The position numbers and the translations under genes were made by a program. Shown piece by piece: positions 16,541 to 32,380 of a stretch of 64,000 nucleotides of DNA. The DNA is from the human T2T-CHM13v2.0 reference genome, Homo sapiens. Below the pieces are notes generated by a model. The model worked only from the letters and a program-made list of their open reading frames with translations. It was not told the DNA's origin and ran no database searches. The stretch lies in the NCBI RefSeq assembly GCF_009914755.1, contig NC_060932.1; one strand, given 5' to 3'. The first letter of the stretch is position 1. Every line of letters starts with the position of its first letter.

Positions 16541-17552
16541 ATTGATAATATAAAAATCAAGCCAATTTGAAAAATAATCAAATAGTACTTCTAGAAATAA
16601 AATTATAAAGTGAGAAAGTCATTGGACACATTTAACAGCAGCTTGAACACTAGAGAGAGAATTAGTGAACTGGAAAGAAAATGCATCTAAACAATTTACT
16701 GATTATGCATATAGAATGACAAACAGATAGGAGCTATGAAAGAGAGGAGAGAGCAAAAGGTCTAACATATATGTCACCTACATTCCAGAAGTTCCCAAAG
16801 GCGAGGAGAGTGAGCATGAGGCTAAGGCAATATTTGAGTAGACTGGGCTGACAATTTTTCTGAAATGATAAAGATATCGATTCTCAGATCCCAGAATCCC
16901 AACAAATCCCAATCATGAAATATAAATAGAAATCTATCCCTAGGTACATCAGAGGAAGCTGAAGAATGCAAAATGCAGAGAAAATGTTAAGGAAGCCATA
17001 AAGACAGATGACTCAAAAAGGAGCAATGATTAGACTGATGGCTGACTTATCAATAGAGTTCTCAAGAGCAACAGTGAAAGCCAGAAGACAGTGGAATAAT
17101 ATCTCCAAGATATGCCAAGGGTGTCAAATGCCAAGAGTGAACACCTGACAACCTAGTACTATGTATCTAAGAAGGACATGATTAGACTAACAGCATTTCC
17201 ACCAGCAAATCTTCATCAATGCACTTTAGACACAAGGAAAGTTATCCCAGAAGGGAAGTTTGAGATACAAAAAATGAATGGTAAAAAAAGAAGATGGTGA
17301 ATTGAAAGTAAACAAATTGAAAGTAATTGAAAGTAAACAAATCACAAAGGCACATAACATTCATAAAAATAATGTTCTGTGGGATTGGGGAAAAACATAA
17401 AATAGAAAAGAACAAAAAAAGCATGTTAAGATGAAGGAAAACCATGGTTAAAATATCCCATAGTCCTTACGTTGTTCATGAGGATGATAATGACCTCATT
17501 AATGGTAATGATTTTGATAAATTGGGTATGCATGTTATAGTTTCTGGGGTAG

Positions 17553-18011
17553 TGTGTTAATTCCCTAGGGCTGCCATCCCAAAGTACTAAAAACTGGAAG
17601 GCTTAAAACAACAGAAATTGATTTTCTCCCGGTTCTGGAGGCTTGAAGTCCAAAATCAAGGTGCTGGCAGGGTTGGTTTGTTCTGCGGGCTGAGAAGGAG
17701 AATCTCTTCTATGCTTCTCTCCTATCTTCTGCTGTTGGCTAGCAATCCATAGTGTTCCTTGGCTTGGAGATGCAGCCCTCCAATTTCTGCCTTGATCTTT
17801 ACATGATTTTCTTCCTCTGTGTCTCTGTCTTTTCATAAGGACATCAGTCATATTAGGTTAAGGGCCCACCCTACCCAGTACAATGACCTTAATTTAACTT
17901 AATTACTTTGGTAATGACCCAATTTAAATGATGTCATGTTCTGAGGTACTGAGGATTAGAATTATCACATTTTTTAGGGGGTGGGGGAGGACACAGTATA
18001 ACTCATAACAG
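17553..18011 (-). mobile_element. MLT1C/B-like MaLR LTR
   Basis: ggcttaaaacaacagaaatt...ttctggaggc...aagtccaaaatcaaggtg...ataaggacatcagtcatatt...cataaca. Confidence 0.85.
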
Positions 18012-18195
18012 ATGGCTACTAAAAGAACAGAAATAGAGGGAGGGAAATTGGAATGAGATAAAAAAACTTCTTCATTATAAAAAAAGACAAGAAAGGAGAG
18101 AAAGGAAGCAAAACAAACAAAAAAGCAAAAAAAAAAAAAAAAGGGCAGGACACGACAGATAGGAAATGTAAAACAAGATTATAAAAGTAAGTGCA

Positions 18196-18608
<413 letters not shown>

Positions 18609-18906
18609 TTAAAAATACTTGAAATTAAAAAAATGAAAAAAGATAAAGCACATACCTACTAACTCAATACTATCAATTATGGTGAGAAAATAGACTTTGA
18701 GTTAAGAGGCATTCTTAGAGAAAAAGTGTTGCCCTATAATGAGAGAAGATTACATTTGTCAAGAAGAGACAATATTCTAGACTTGTATATATCTAATGAA
18801 ATAGTTTTAAAGCATATAGAGCAAAAATTATTGTATGTGTAAGGAGAAATAGATAAATAGATGTCCAGAGTGAAAAAATTTTTAAATATTTCTTTTAACA
18901 ATTGAC

Positions 18907-18980
18907 TTCCTCCTCCTCCTCCTCCTCCTCCTCCTCCCCACCCCTTCCCCTTCCCCTTCCCCTTCTTCTTCTTCCTCCTT
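18907..18980. repeat. (CCT)n/(CCCCTT)n simple repeat at the Alu tail position
   Basis: Directly visible. Confidence 0.85.
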
Positions 18981-19210
18981 GAGACAGGGTCTAGCTCTGT
19001 CACCCAAGCTAGAGTGCAGACCATCTCAGCCTCCTGAGTTGCTGGGAAGACAGATGCACACCACTATGCCCTGCTAATTTTTCGATTTTTTGTAGAGACA
19101 GGGTCTCATTATGTTGCCCAGGCTGGTCTCAAACTCCTCGGCTCAAGCAATCTTCTTGCCTTGGCCTCCCAAAGTGCTGAGATTACAGGCAGGAGCCACC
19201 ATGTCCAGCC
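18979..19210 (-). mobile_element. AluJ-like with internal deletion
   Basis: Alu reverse complement lacking part of the right arm. Confidence 0.9.
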
Positions 19211-20989
19211 AAATAATTGATTTCTTTAAATGAACATGTTCCAGAGTTCTAATTTATCTCATTAATTACTGAGGGAACCAGTAAGAAGTTATAACTTATT
19301 CAAAGGACAATTCAAAATAACACACTCACATGCACACACACACACATACACAGACACACACACATACAGAGATAAGGAACGCTAAAATGAATTTGAAATA
19401 GATGCAAAATGGGTCACTAATCAATTGCACTCAACTGGACCTAATTAATTTGTACTTCCATAGACAAAAACATTTGGACCATTATCAGATTTTTTCAACT
19501 TATGGAGTTATAAAATAGTTCAAAGGCAATGAAAGGCAGGTATAACCTGGAATGATGCTGTACACAGGACACTTAGTAATCTCGTTTTTTTTTTGTTTGC
19601 ACATTTCAAAATCAAACATTGTTCATGATGATATTCCCCCTTGTGATAATAATACTCTCAAAGAAAGATTATTTTTGTTCACAAAATAAGGCTTCTTTTG
19701 TGAGATTAGACTTATTTAAATAAGTGCAACCAGACTATTAATTTGCCATGTAGTTTGCTTTCAAATCTGGAGCCACAGTATTGAATTAAATCCACAGTAT
19801 TAGTTCTCTGTCACCATTGTTCCTAATGTACAGTCTCAGTCACAGGTATTGTATATAACTTATAAATAATAGCATAATTTATAAACCCATGAGTTAAAGA
19901 ATAACATAAAATACAAATTAAAAATCATTTATGACTGAATTATCATAAAAATACTACATATCAGAATTTGTGGAATATAGAAGAAAATTTATAGCTGTAA
20001 GGTGTTTATAATAGAAAAGAAGAAAGGCTGAAAATGAGTGAGCTAAGCATTTACCTTACGAAGTTAGGAAAAAGATGGAGGAGAATTCTAAAGAGAGTGG
20101 GAAAGTGGAAATTGAGAGAAAGGTAGAAGTTAATGGAATAGAAAACAAACATACAAAAGAGAACTTCAGCAAAGCCAAAATGCTGTGTGTAAAGATGAAC
20201 ACAATTGAAAAACCTCTGGCAAGATTGTTTAAGGAAATGAAGAAGGCACAAGAAAACAATACTAGGAATTAAAAAAGGGATCATAATAAAATATGCTGCA
20301 GACATTAATCAGATGATAGAATAATATTATAAATTTGGAAACAGATGAAATGGTCAAATTCCTGGAAGAATACAGCGTACCCAAACTGATTAAAGAATAA
20401 AGGGAGAATGTAGGACGTGAGAGGCAAAGGCAAAAGAAAGAGTGGACAAACTAGACCACGTGAAAATGAAAAACTTTTGTGCATCAAAAGATACTATCAA
20501 CAGAGAAAACAGAAAAACAGGCAACCCAGAGAATGTGAGAAAATATTTGCAAATTACATATCTAATAAGGTATTAGTATCCACAGTATACAGAGAACTCC
20601 TAAAACTCAACAACAACAACAAAAACAACAAGATAAACAATCTGATTAAAATATGGGCAAATGAGTTAGAGAGACATTTCTTCAAAGAAGATATACAAGC
20701 ATCCAACAAGCACATGAAAAGATGCTCAACATCACTAATCATTAGGGAAATACAAATCAAAATCATACCCCTTCATACCCATTAGGACAGCTACTATAAA
20801 AAATCCCAGAATAATAAGTGTTGGTGATGATGTGAAGAAACTGAAATCCTTGTGCACTGCTGAGGGAATATAAAATGGTACAGCTGTGGTGGAAAACAGT
20901 ATGTTGGCTCCCAAAAGAAATTAAACATAGAATTATATGATTCAGCAATTCCACTTCTGGGTATATAAACAAAATAATTGAAAGCAGGT

Positions 20990-21372
20990 GATACGGTTAG
21001 GCTTTGCGTCCCTACCCACAGCTCATCTTAATTGTAATCCCTGTAATTTTCACGTGTCAAGGGAGAGACCAGGTGAAGGTAATTGAATCTTGGGGGCGTT
21101 TTCTCCCATGCTGTTCTCATGATAGTAGAGGTCTCACGAGATCTGATGGTTTTATAAGGGCCTCTTCCCCTTGCCTTTCCTCAGCTCGTCTCCCTCCTGC
21201 CGCCTTGTGAAGGAGATTGCTTGCTCCTCCTTTGCCTTCTGCCATGATTTTAAGTTTCCCGAGGCCTCTCCAGCCAGGCTGAACTATGAGTCAATTAAAC
21301 CTCTTTCCTTTATATAATAAATTACTCAGTCTCTGGCAGTTCTTTATAGCAATATGAAAACAGATTAATACA
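20990..21372 (+). mobile_element. THE1 (C/D-like) solo LTR
   Basis: TG...CA ends; tgatacggttaggctttg...ttgtaatccc...gagtcaattaaacctctttcc...ttaataca. Confidence 0.9.
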
Positions 21373-21533
21373 GCTGGCCCTCGAGAAGATATTTGTACAC
21401 CCATGTTCACAGTGGCATTTTTCACAACAGCCAAAATATGGATGCAACACAAATGCCCAACAACAGGTAAATGGATAAGCACAATATGATACACACATAC
21501 AAAACAATATTATTCAGCTTTAAAAAGAAATGC

Positions 21534-21845
21534 AGCTGGGCGCGGTCACTCACGCCTGTAATCCCAGCACTTTGGGAGGCCAAGGCAGATGGATCACCTG
21601 AGGTCAGGAGTTCGAGACCAGCCCGGCCAACATCGTGAAACCCCATCTCTACTAAAAATACAAAAAAATTAGCCAGGCCTTGTGGTGGGCGCCTGTAATC
21701 CCAGCTACTCAGGAGGCTGAGGCAGGAGAATCACGTGGACTTAGGAGGCAAGATTGTACCATTGCACTCCAGCCTGGGAGACGAGAGAGACTCTGTTTCA
21801 AAAAAAGAAAACAAACAAACAAACAAACAAAAAAACACGAAAAAG
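21534..21845 (+). mobile_element. Alu (AluS-like) with small right-arm deletion
   Basis: Alu dimer; TSD aaaagaaatgc. Confidence 0.95.
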
Positions 21846-22254
21846 AAATGCGATTCTGATACATGCTGCAAGGATGAACCTTGAAGACATTCTGTTAAGT
21901 GAAGTAAGCCAGTCACAAAAAGACAAATAGCTGCATGATTCCACTTACGTGAAGTAGCTAGAGTAGTCAAATTCATAGATAGAACAAGTAGAATAGTAGT
22001 TCCAGGCACTATGGGGAGGGAAGAATGGAGTCTTGTTTAATGGGTTTCAGTTTTGCAAGATGAAAGAGTTCTGGAGATGGATGGTGGTGATGGTTGCACA
22101 ATATGAATATACTTAATACCACTGAACTATAAACTTAAAAACGATTAAGATATACTTTTTATGTTATATAGATTTAATCACAATTAGAATAACTTATAAA
22201 AATTTAAAACTTGAATAATTTTACCATTTTCAAAGACATTATCAGTGATAACAA

Positions 22255-22475
22255 TAGCAAATGAATAGTCCTTGCCATGAGCTGGGCATCATTTTAAATG
22301 TTTTAGGTAAGTTAGCTCATTTAAAGTAGGTGATCTTATTCTTCTTGTTTACTGATGAGGAAATTAAGTCACAGATCACATAACTTGCTAAAAGGCATGC
22401 TTGTAGGAGGCTAAGCTGGAATGTAAATGCAGACAGTTGAGCTTTAGGTCTATGCTCTTAATCAGTATACTATCC
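22255..22475 (-). mobile_element. MIR
   Basis: gatgaggaaattaagtcacaga...taacttgc...tgctcttaa. Confidence 0.65.
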
Positions 22476-22676
22476 TTGTCCTCAATTGGTAGTTAAAAAA
22501 TCTTTCCTTCAAGAAAGCAGTGGTCCTTATTGACTGCACTAAGTTCTTCTAAATATTCAAGGAATAAGTAATTCCAATTCCACAGAAACTATTCCAGAGC
22601 ATACAAAGACAGTCAACACTGAATCTTGTATTTACCCAAGAAATGTAGGGTTGGTTTAACTTTATAATATCAATGA

Positions 22677-23058
<382 letters not shown>

Positions 23059-23487
23059 TAATGAAAACCTCAGCAAAGTAGGAATAGAAGAAAGCTTTCA
23101 TAATCAGATAATGTGTATTCATTCTTTTAAAACCTACAGTGTGGAGGTAAAAGACAAGACACAGAAAGCATTCCCTACAATATCAAGAGTAAGACGAGAT
23201 GTTCACTACCAGCAGGTGTTTTCAGCATTGTGGCTGGAGGTCCTAACCAGTGTAGGAATGCACGGACAAGACACACAAAATACAAGGACTGGAAAGAAGA
23301 AACACAATAGTCATCATTCACAGATTATATGGCTGTGTACATGAAAAATTCAAATGATCCTACAGATAAATAATTAGAACTGATAAGAGCTTACCAAGAG
23401 TGCTGGCCATAAAGCCAAGGTAAAAAAAAGCCAATTACATTTATATTATTAATAACAAACAGAAATTAAGTAAATATATACCATCTA

Positions 23488-23883
<396 letters not shown>

Positions 23884-26766
23884 GTTGCTAAAGAAGCCCA
23901 GAGCCTTCCATGCATGTGGTATAACCTCTGCCTCTGTACCTACAAGGGCTGGGTTTTCTCTGAACTTCCTCAAGCTGCAGGTTCCTCTCTCCTTCCATAG
24001 GTGGAGGCAGCCTGGGCCTGGCTGGAGCAGGCGATTCTGTGCTGGTGGCTAGATAGAGTCACACCCCAAACCTGTTCCTTTTCTGTTCATGGTGTTGAGC
24101 AGTCAGTGACGACCTTGCTAATAAGAAGGAGAATGCCCTGGTTCAGATGGTTGATAGGTGCCAGGCCCAACTGGCTGAGAGTTATCTGCAATGGCCCTAA
24201 GTTTCCTAGGAAGCTTTGATAAGCATCAGAGCTGCAGCTTTCTCAAGAAGGCCAACAGAACTAGGGTCTAAGACTGAAGACTATGGAAACTGTCCCCTCT
24301 ATTGTTTCAAAAATCCAGAATCCTAAAATTTCCAGAATGTTTCATTGTTCATAACCCTGGACCTTTTCAAAATCCTGTAGTTTATATTTTAAAAAGACCT
24401 TAAGTTTTTAACTTTTTAAAAGTAGTGGGATGTAAAAGAGACTATCAAATAGGGTGACAGTTGAATTTCCATTTGAAAAGGAAGAAATTGAGTCTCAGTG
24501 ACAGGAAGTAGATAGAAAGGCAAAGATTTGAATAAAATCATATCCTGATGTCTGTTTCTTTTAAAAAAGTGGAAGAATGAGCTCAGTATTCAAATTCTTC
24601 TGGAATGATCTTAAGCTGGCCTGCAGGTAACATTCCCCAAGTCCACATTTACAGGTCGGGATGACCCATTGAGAGGAAACTGGATGAACAAAATCCTGGT
24701 GTTCAGCCTTACCTGGAAACGGGCAGAATACCTGCTGACAACTTCTGTCATCCCAGACAAATAGCTACTTTACAAAGCTCCAGATTGAAAGTGAAAGACC
24801 AGAGATGTTATGATTTTTTTAAAGAGAATAATCAGTTGACCGGTTCAAACAATTAATGAAAATCACATGGTGTTCCTTACGGTGATGGGACAGTAGTCAT
24901 GGGGTCTTGATGACTATGTGAGGTGGGCGAAATACTGGCTGCTATTATTTATGCGCTGAGGACTGGCTCTGGGACAGATTTTCTCCTTTCCTGCTCTCCT
25001 CTCCTCTCTTCCCCCAACTCCCACCTCAACAGTCCTACAAATCTATGAGGTTTCACATTGGTGCCTTTCCCTACTCACTCTTCAGTACTCAAAACACCCT
25101 GAACTGCAGTGTGGTCTACCCTGAGGCCTTTGTTTTCAGGTCTTGGAAAGTGTGTGTGTGCAGGATCCCCGGCTCCTCCAAGCATGAGATTTCTAAGCAT
25201 GTCCCTAGACCACCACTGTGCCATCTCGTACCTTAAAAACTTCTTATGATATTAATGAGGAAAGCCATGCTGCTTTCAGCGATGTGTAGATGCTTTGGAG
25301 AACTCAGTGGAATGGGTTATTTTACTTTCAGATGAATTCATTTTGAATAAAAAAATATCCAGGTATTGTGTTTGTTCTGCTCATGAAATACCTTCTGTCT
25401 GCAGATTATCAAGTATCTTGACACTTTGTCATCCAGACAGACACTTTTTTTTTGGAGGGGAAGGAGTTTATATGGCTGCTTGACAAAAAATGGTAAGCCT
25501 AGCCAGTGGAGACACTGATGACCCTGTTAGGTCTTTTGCTGGTTAGGAGACATCCTGCTTTCCAAGATTCAGTTAATTAAACAACACTGGTTCTCCCCTC
25601 ATCCTCCTTTGAGCGTAATTTAGACAGGTCAGTCGGCATAACAGTCTCCTAACCATGAATAGCATGACAAGTGCCTGGCCCACCTGGCTGAGAATCACTG
25701 TTCTTTACTCTTCTGGGAGGGAAGTGGTGCCTCTCATTTAGTAAACTGTTTGGTCACCTTTGTCCCACCCCCTACTCTCTACCTGGCCTAGGGAGGCCAA
25801 TTTATTACTCCCTTCTTATTGCATCTTCAACTTTTGAACTTTGGTTTCTCATATTATTCTTTTGTTGCAGTGGCAGGCATCTATTTCTAGTTGAATAGAT
25901 AGTCTTCTCTTTCAAAAATTAATATGCAAGAGAAATGTTTAAAATTAACTTTTTAAAGCAAATGATGATAACAATTAAGGTGTCATTTACATTTTCTCCA
26001 TTTCTTGTGTACTGTATTTTACAATTTTCTTCTTTTGTTGCTCAGTGACATAGAAGAACTGGAATTTAGATTTCAGTTAGTAAGCTGAAGTCATATCATA
26101 GCTGTGGGATTGAACGATGTGGGGTTGAGTCAAACACAAGGAAGTACTGGCAGCTCCAGTAGCCGAAAAGTGGAGAAAACGGTTGTGGTTTTCTCCAGGA
26201 TAACCTCCAGTCTAGACCTTTAGAAAGAGATCAAGCCAGCTTCTACTGCCTGGGAGGCTTCCTGCCACATACCACTCAAACTTTGATATTGCAAAATCCA
26301 ATGCCATCTTTCATTTCTATGCAACTTTTAATCTGCTTAGATGTGGAAAAATATCTCTTAAAAACTCCTTCAAGATTTTTTTTTTCCAAATTGTATATTC
26401 AACTTTTGCTTTTGTTGCCTCTAGTGTTGGGGATTCAGAGGGAGGGCACTGAGGAGTTTGAATTCTCAATGTTGTGAATCCCTTGTCTGCCTTCTTGGGT
26501 GCAAATTGAACCAAGGTCCTGGACCTGCCTTTTTTGGTTACTTACCTGCTTGCCCTTAAGCTTGTGGTATCATTTCCAGAGAAATGGAAATTTCTTCCCA
26601 GAAAGAAAATCTCCCAAAGACTTTTAAACAAGGGGCCTTCTATCCCCACTGATAACACATCAGGTTTTTTTTTTTAGTCTCAAATTGGAAACTCACAAGA
26701 GCCTAGCACCTGGTTACTGCCTGACCTGGCAACTGCCTGATCTAGCAAAAACTCAGCTTTCAGGGG

Positions 26767-26989
26767 TTGAACTCTGGAGGCGGAGGTTGCAGTGAGCCGA
26801 GATTGTGCCACTGCACTCCAGCCTGGGTGATACAGCAAGACTCCGTGTCAAAAAACAACAACAAAAAAACAGATTCCTGGTCCCCATCGCAAACCCATTC
26901 CATTCAATTACATGTGGGTGGCGCTTGGGGCAGTTCTGACGCAACCCCCAGGTTTGAAGGTCTCTGGCCTGGGTAACCGGGTCTCCTTC
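26767..26989 (+). repeat. Inverted duplicate of 28972-29202 (Alu 3' end plus ~120 bp of flank)
   Basis: Reverse complement aligns by eye at about 89-90% identity. Confidence 0.93.
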
Positions 26990-27047
26990 AAGGGAGTCCC
27001 TTGAAGGGTCCCTTTCAAGGGAGGCATGGCAAGCAGGTACAATTTAA

Positions 27048-27786
<739 letters not shown>

Positions 27787-28883
27787 CCTGCCTTGCAATT
27801 TTTAACAGAAGTAATCCCAGCACCACTGTGCAACTTGGAGTCTATTTGCTTCTCTGATTTTGTCCATAAGGAGTGTAACAGAGATTTAAATATGAATTAC
27901 TTTTTATATCTTTTGTAAAACATGAGGCAACACAGAGGCTTTTTTTTTTAATGCTAAAATAAATCAGTAGTACATCCTAAGCAATATTCTTTTGTATCCA
28001 TGGAGTGGTTTAGTGACCACAAAAATATTCCTGTCTCAAAATACTTGTAATTGGGGAAATAAGCCAATTTTATAACAACTACCACCAGAAAAAAAAAAAA
28101 GCTAAATTAAAAAAATTGCCTTCTGAGTATTTGGTATGATTTATACTCAGAACATGTCAAAATATATTTTTAAACTATTCAATAATTGATAAAACAAAAA
28201 ACCCCTACAAATTGAGTATGTCCTTTGAATTAACAATTCCGTTTTAAAAAATTTATTTTTATTTTTTTGGAGACAGACTCTTGCCTAGGCTGGAGCAGTG
28301 ACGTGGTCATAGTTCACTGTACCCTCAAACTCCTGGGCTCCTTGACTTAACAATTGTTTCTATTTTACAAAAGCAATGCCATAATTACATAAAGATGTAT
28401 GCCCCAGGACAGTAATTGGACTGGCATTTGTAACTGAAAAACAACAAAAAAAATCTATTCATTAATGTATATTTCAGTGATAATACAGTGAAATAGCACA
28501 TATCCACTATAAAAATGTATGGACTTGGAAAAAAGATATCATGATATATTTGTTAAAGTGAAAAGTATGAGTTATGGACCAAGAAATTTTATATAATTCC
28601 ACATTTAAAAAAAAGAGTTTACATGCACATATGTATGGGTATGTGTAAATGCACAATGGACTCGTGTGTTTCAACTTAGGAACAAGTTAGAAAGGATACA
28701 AATGAATGTTAACAGTCACTTTGTGAGGTGGGATTGGATTGTACTTTATAGAATTCAAAGAAGTGATAGAATTATGAATTATATTTGGTACCTTTTTTTA
28801 TTATTTTAAAAAATCCTAAAACAATGCCTTTAGGTCAGGAGGGAAACCTTAAGGCCGAAGAAAGATCCATGGGAAAACCTTGA

Positions 28884-29393
<510 letters not shown>

Positions 29394-29588
29394 CTGCTCT
29401 TCTTTTTATAATGCAATATGGCAACATTGAGGGTGATTAGAAGAAATAACGTCACACCTGGAGCCTTGATGGGCGAAGGTAACCATGCCATCCTGGACCT
29501 CCTCATTCATTTCAGAGAAGCTCTGGGGATGCAGTGTCTGTTTAATCCTGAGAAAACCCTTTGGAGATAGACGAGGGCATAAAGAAAT

Positions 29589-29918
29589 ATTATTATTATT
29601 ATTATTATTTTTGCCTCCTTTGTCTCCTTTGTCTCATTTGTCTCCTTTGTTGCCCAGGCTGCAGTGCAGTATGTGATCATGGCTCACTGCATCCTCAACC
29701 TCCTTGGATTCAGGTGATTCTTTCACCTTAGCTTCCAGAGTAGCTGGGACTACAGGCATACGCCACCATGCCTTGCTAATTTTTTGTTGTTGTTGTTGAG
29801 ACAGGGTTTCACCATGTTGGCCAGGCTGGTCTCAAACTCCTAGGCTTAAGCGATGGAATCCACCCACCTCAGCCTCCCAAAAAGTTGGGATTACAGGCAT
29901 GAGCCACTGTGCCCAGCC
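29589..29918 (-). mobile_element. AluJ-like with (TTA)n tail
   Basis: Alu reverse complement. Confidence 0.9.
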
Positions 29919-29919
29919 A

Positions 29920-30235
29920 TAAGTGTGCTTATAAGAGAGAGGTGGAGAGAGATTAAATACACAAATGCAGGAGGGGATTTGGAGACAGAAGCAGAGATTG
30001 GAGTGATGTAGCCACACATCACAGAAAGCCAGAAGCCACTAGAAGCTGGAAGAGGCAAGAATCGGATTCTCCCCAAGAGCCTGCAGAGGGAGCTCTGCTC
30101 TCTAACACTGTCATTTCAGCCCAGGGAGAACTGATTTTGGACTTCTGGCACCCAGAACTGTGAGAGAATAAATTTCTGTTATCTTAAGACACCACATTTT
30201 TGGTCATTCGTTACAGCAGCCACAGGAAACAAATC
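29920..30235 (+). mobile_element. MLT1C-like LTR (3' part)
   Basis: gcagagattggagtgatg...agaagctggaagaggcaag...cagaactgtgagagaataaatttctgtt...gttacagcagcc. Confidence 0.85.
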
Positions 30236-30239
30236 CAGC

Positions 30240-30385
30240 CACCCAGGAAGATTTTAAAAGTCCCAATGCCCAGATCACACTCCAGGCCCATCAGTTAATT
30301 TGGAATGTCTAGGAGCAGGAGCCAGGCATCAGTATTTAAAGCTCCTCAGATGATTTCACCTGCAAAGTTTGGGGACCATCAGCTA
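30240..30385. mobile_element. MER5-family DNA transposon
   Basis: aatgcccagatcacactccag...ccaggcatcagtatttaaagctcc...aaagtttggggacca. Confidence 0.6.
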
Positions 30386-30466
30386 CCATAAAGGTTCTTA
30401 TTTCTTATTTCAAAATCTGCCCCATCTGGCTTTCTTGGAGCCTGATACTCCATCACTTACCATTAG

Positions 30467-30904
<438 letters not shown>

Positions 30905-31171
30905 CAAGAAGCTTTCCTAGTCAGTTTAGACTATCTAGCCCAGGAGATAGGTTAGAGTATCCTCAGATTTTGAAGATGAGGTTTTATGTTTTTAACTTAC
31001 CAAGTAATTTGCATGACTTATCTTAGACTTAAGTGATGAATGTCTAATGAACTATTAGATTATTGGATTCTAAATTTAAGATAATGGCAAGTTGTGGTCA
31101 GCCCTTGAGAAAATGTCTTATAGTACCTTCAGTCTTTCTGTCTTCCTTTCAGGGTTCCTTTTGTTGGGTAC

Positions 31172-31666
31172 TGATGTGGTTTGACTCTGTGTCCCCACCC
31201 AAACCTCATCTGGAATTGTAATCCCCACCTGTTGAGGGAGGGACCTGGTGGGAGGTGATTGAGTCATGCGGGCCCTTCCCTCATGCTGTTCTGGTGATAG
31301 TGAGTTCTCACAAGATCTGGTGCTTTAAAAGTGTTTGGCAGTTTCGCCTATGTGCTCTCTCTCTCTCTCCCTCTCCTCCCTCTCCCTCTTCCTCCCTCTC
31401 CCTCTTCCTCCCTCTCCCTCTTCCTCCCTATCCCTCTTCCTCCCTCTCCCTCTTCCTCCCTCTCCCTCTTCCTCCCTGTCTCTCCCCCTCTCTTTCTCCC
31501 CTGCTGCCATGTAAGATGTGCCTTGCTTTCCCTTCACCTTCTGCCATGATTATAAATTTCCTGAGTCCTCCCCAGCCATGCGGAACTGTGTCAATTAAGC
31601 CTCTTTTGTTTACAAATTACCCAGTCTTGGGTGTGTCTTTATAGCAGTGTGAGAATGGACAGATAC
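31172..31666 (+). mobile_element. THE1D/MST-like solo LTR with internal CT-rich expansion (31355-31500)
   Basis: tgatgtggtttgactctgtgtccccacccaaa...ttgtaatcccc...ccagccatgcggaactgtg...ttatagcagtgtgagaatggac. Confidence 0.9.
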
Positions 31667-32090
31667 GGGGACCCAGTGCCTTCCTGGGCCCTTGTCCTCC
31701 TGATAAAGCACATGGGGGAGGCATCCCACTTCTCCACCCATTCCTCACCTTCCTTGTTCTCCTTTCCCTGTTAGTGAATTACTGGCCTCAAAGAATTTCA
31801 TAGTTCTCTGACCCACACCTCTGAGTCAGCTCTATAGGAATGGCACCTCTTCTAATAAGACAAAATGCAGAATCTCCAGGCCTTGTACATGAAAGGAGAA
31901 AGCTCCAGTGAGCAGGAGTTGCTGATTAAATAATCTTGACTTTGCCCTTTAAGTTTTGTTGATCATCTCTGGGTAGAACCTCCAGCTTCAAGAGTTTGCT
32001 TCTCCATCTTTAGATCTCTCTTCTCAGCTAGGATCAGCTGAGATTTTAAAGAAACAATGCATTTCACTACATAGAGAGCAAAAGAGAATT

Positions 32091-32380
<290 letters not shown>

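Noticed and set aside
20417-20785. 122-aa ORF similar to L1 ORF2p C-terminus
   Set aside because: Decayed fragment of a fossil L1; not an intact retrotransposon or host gene
26767-26989. Alu-mediated 3' transduction as the origin of the duplicate
   Set aside because: No terminal poly(A) or TSD after the flank; the junction is a fold-back hairpin instead
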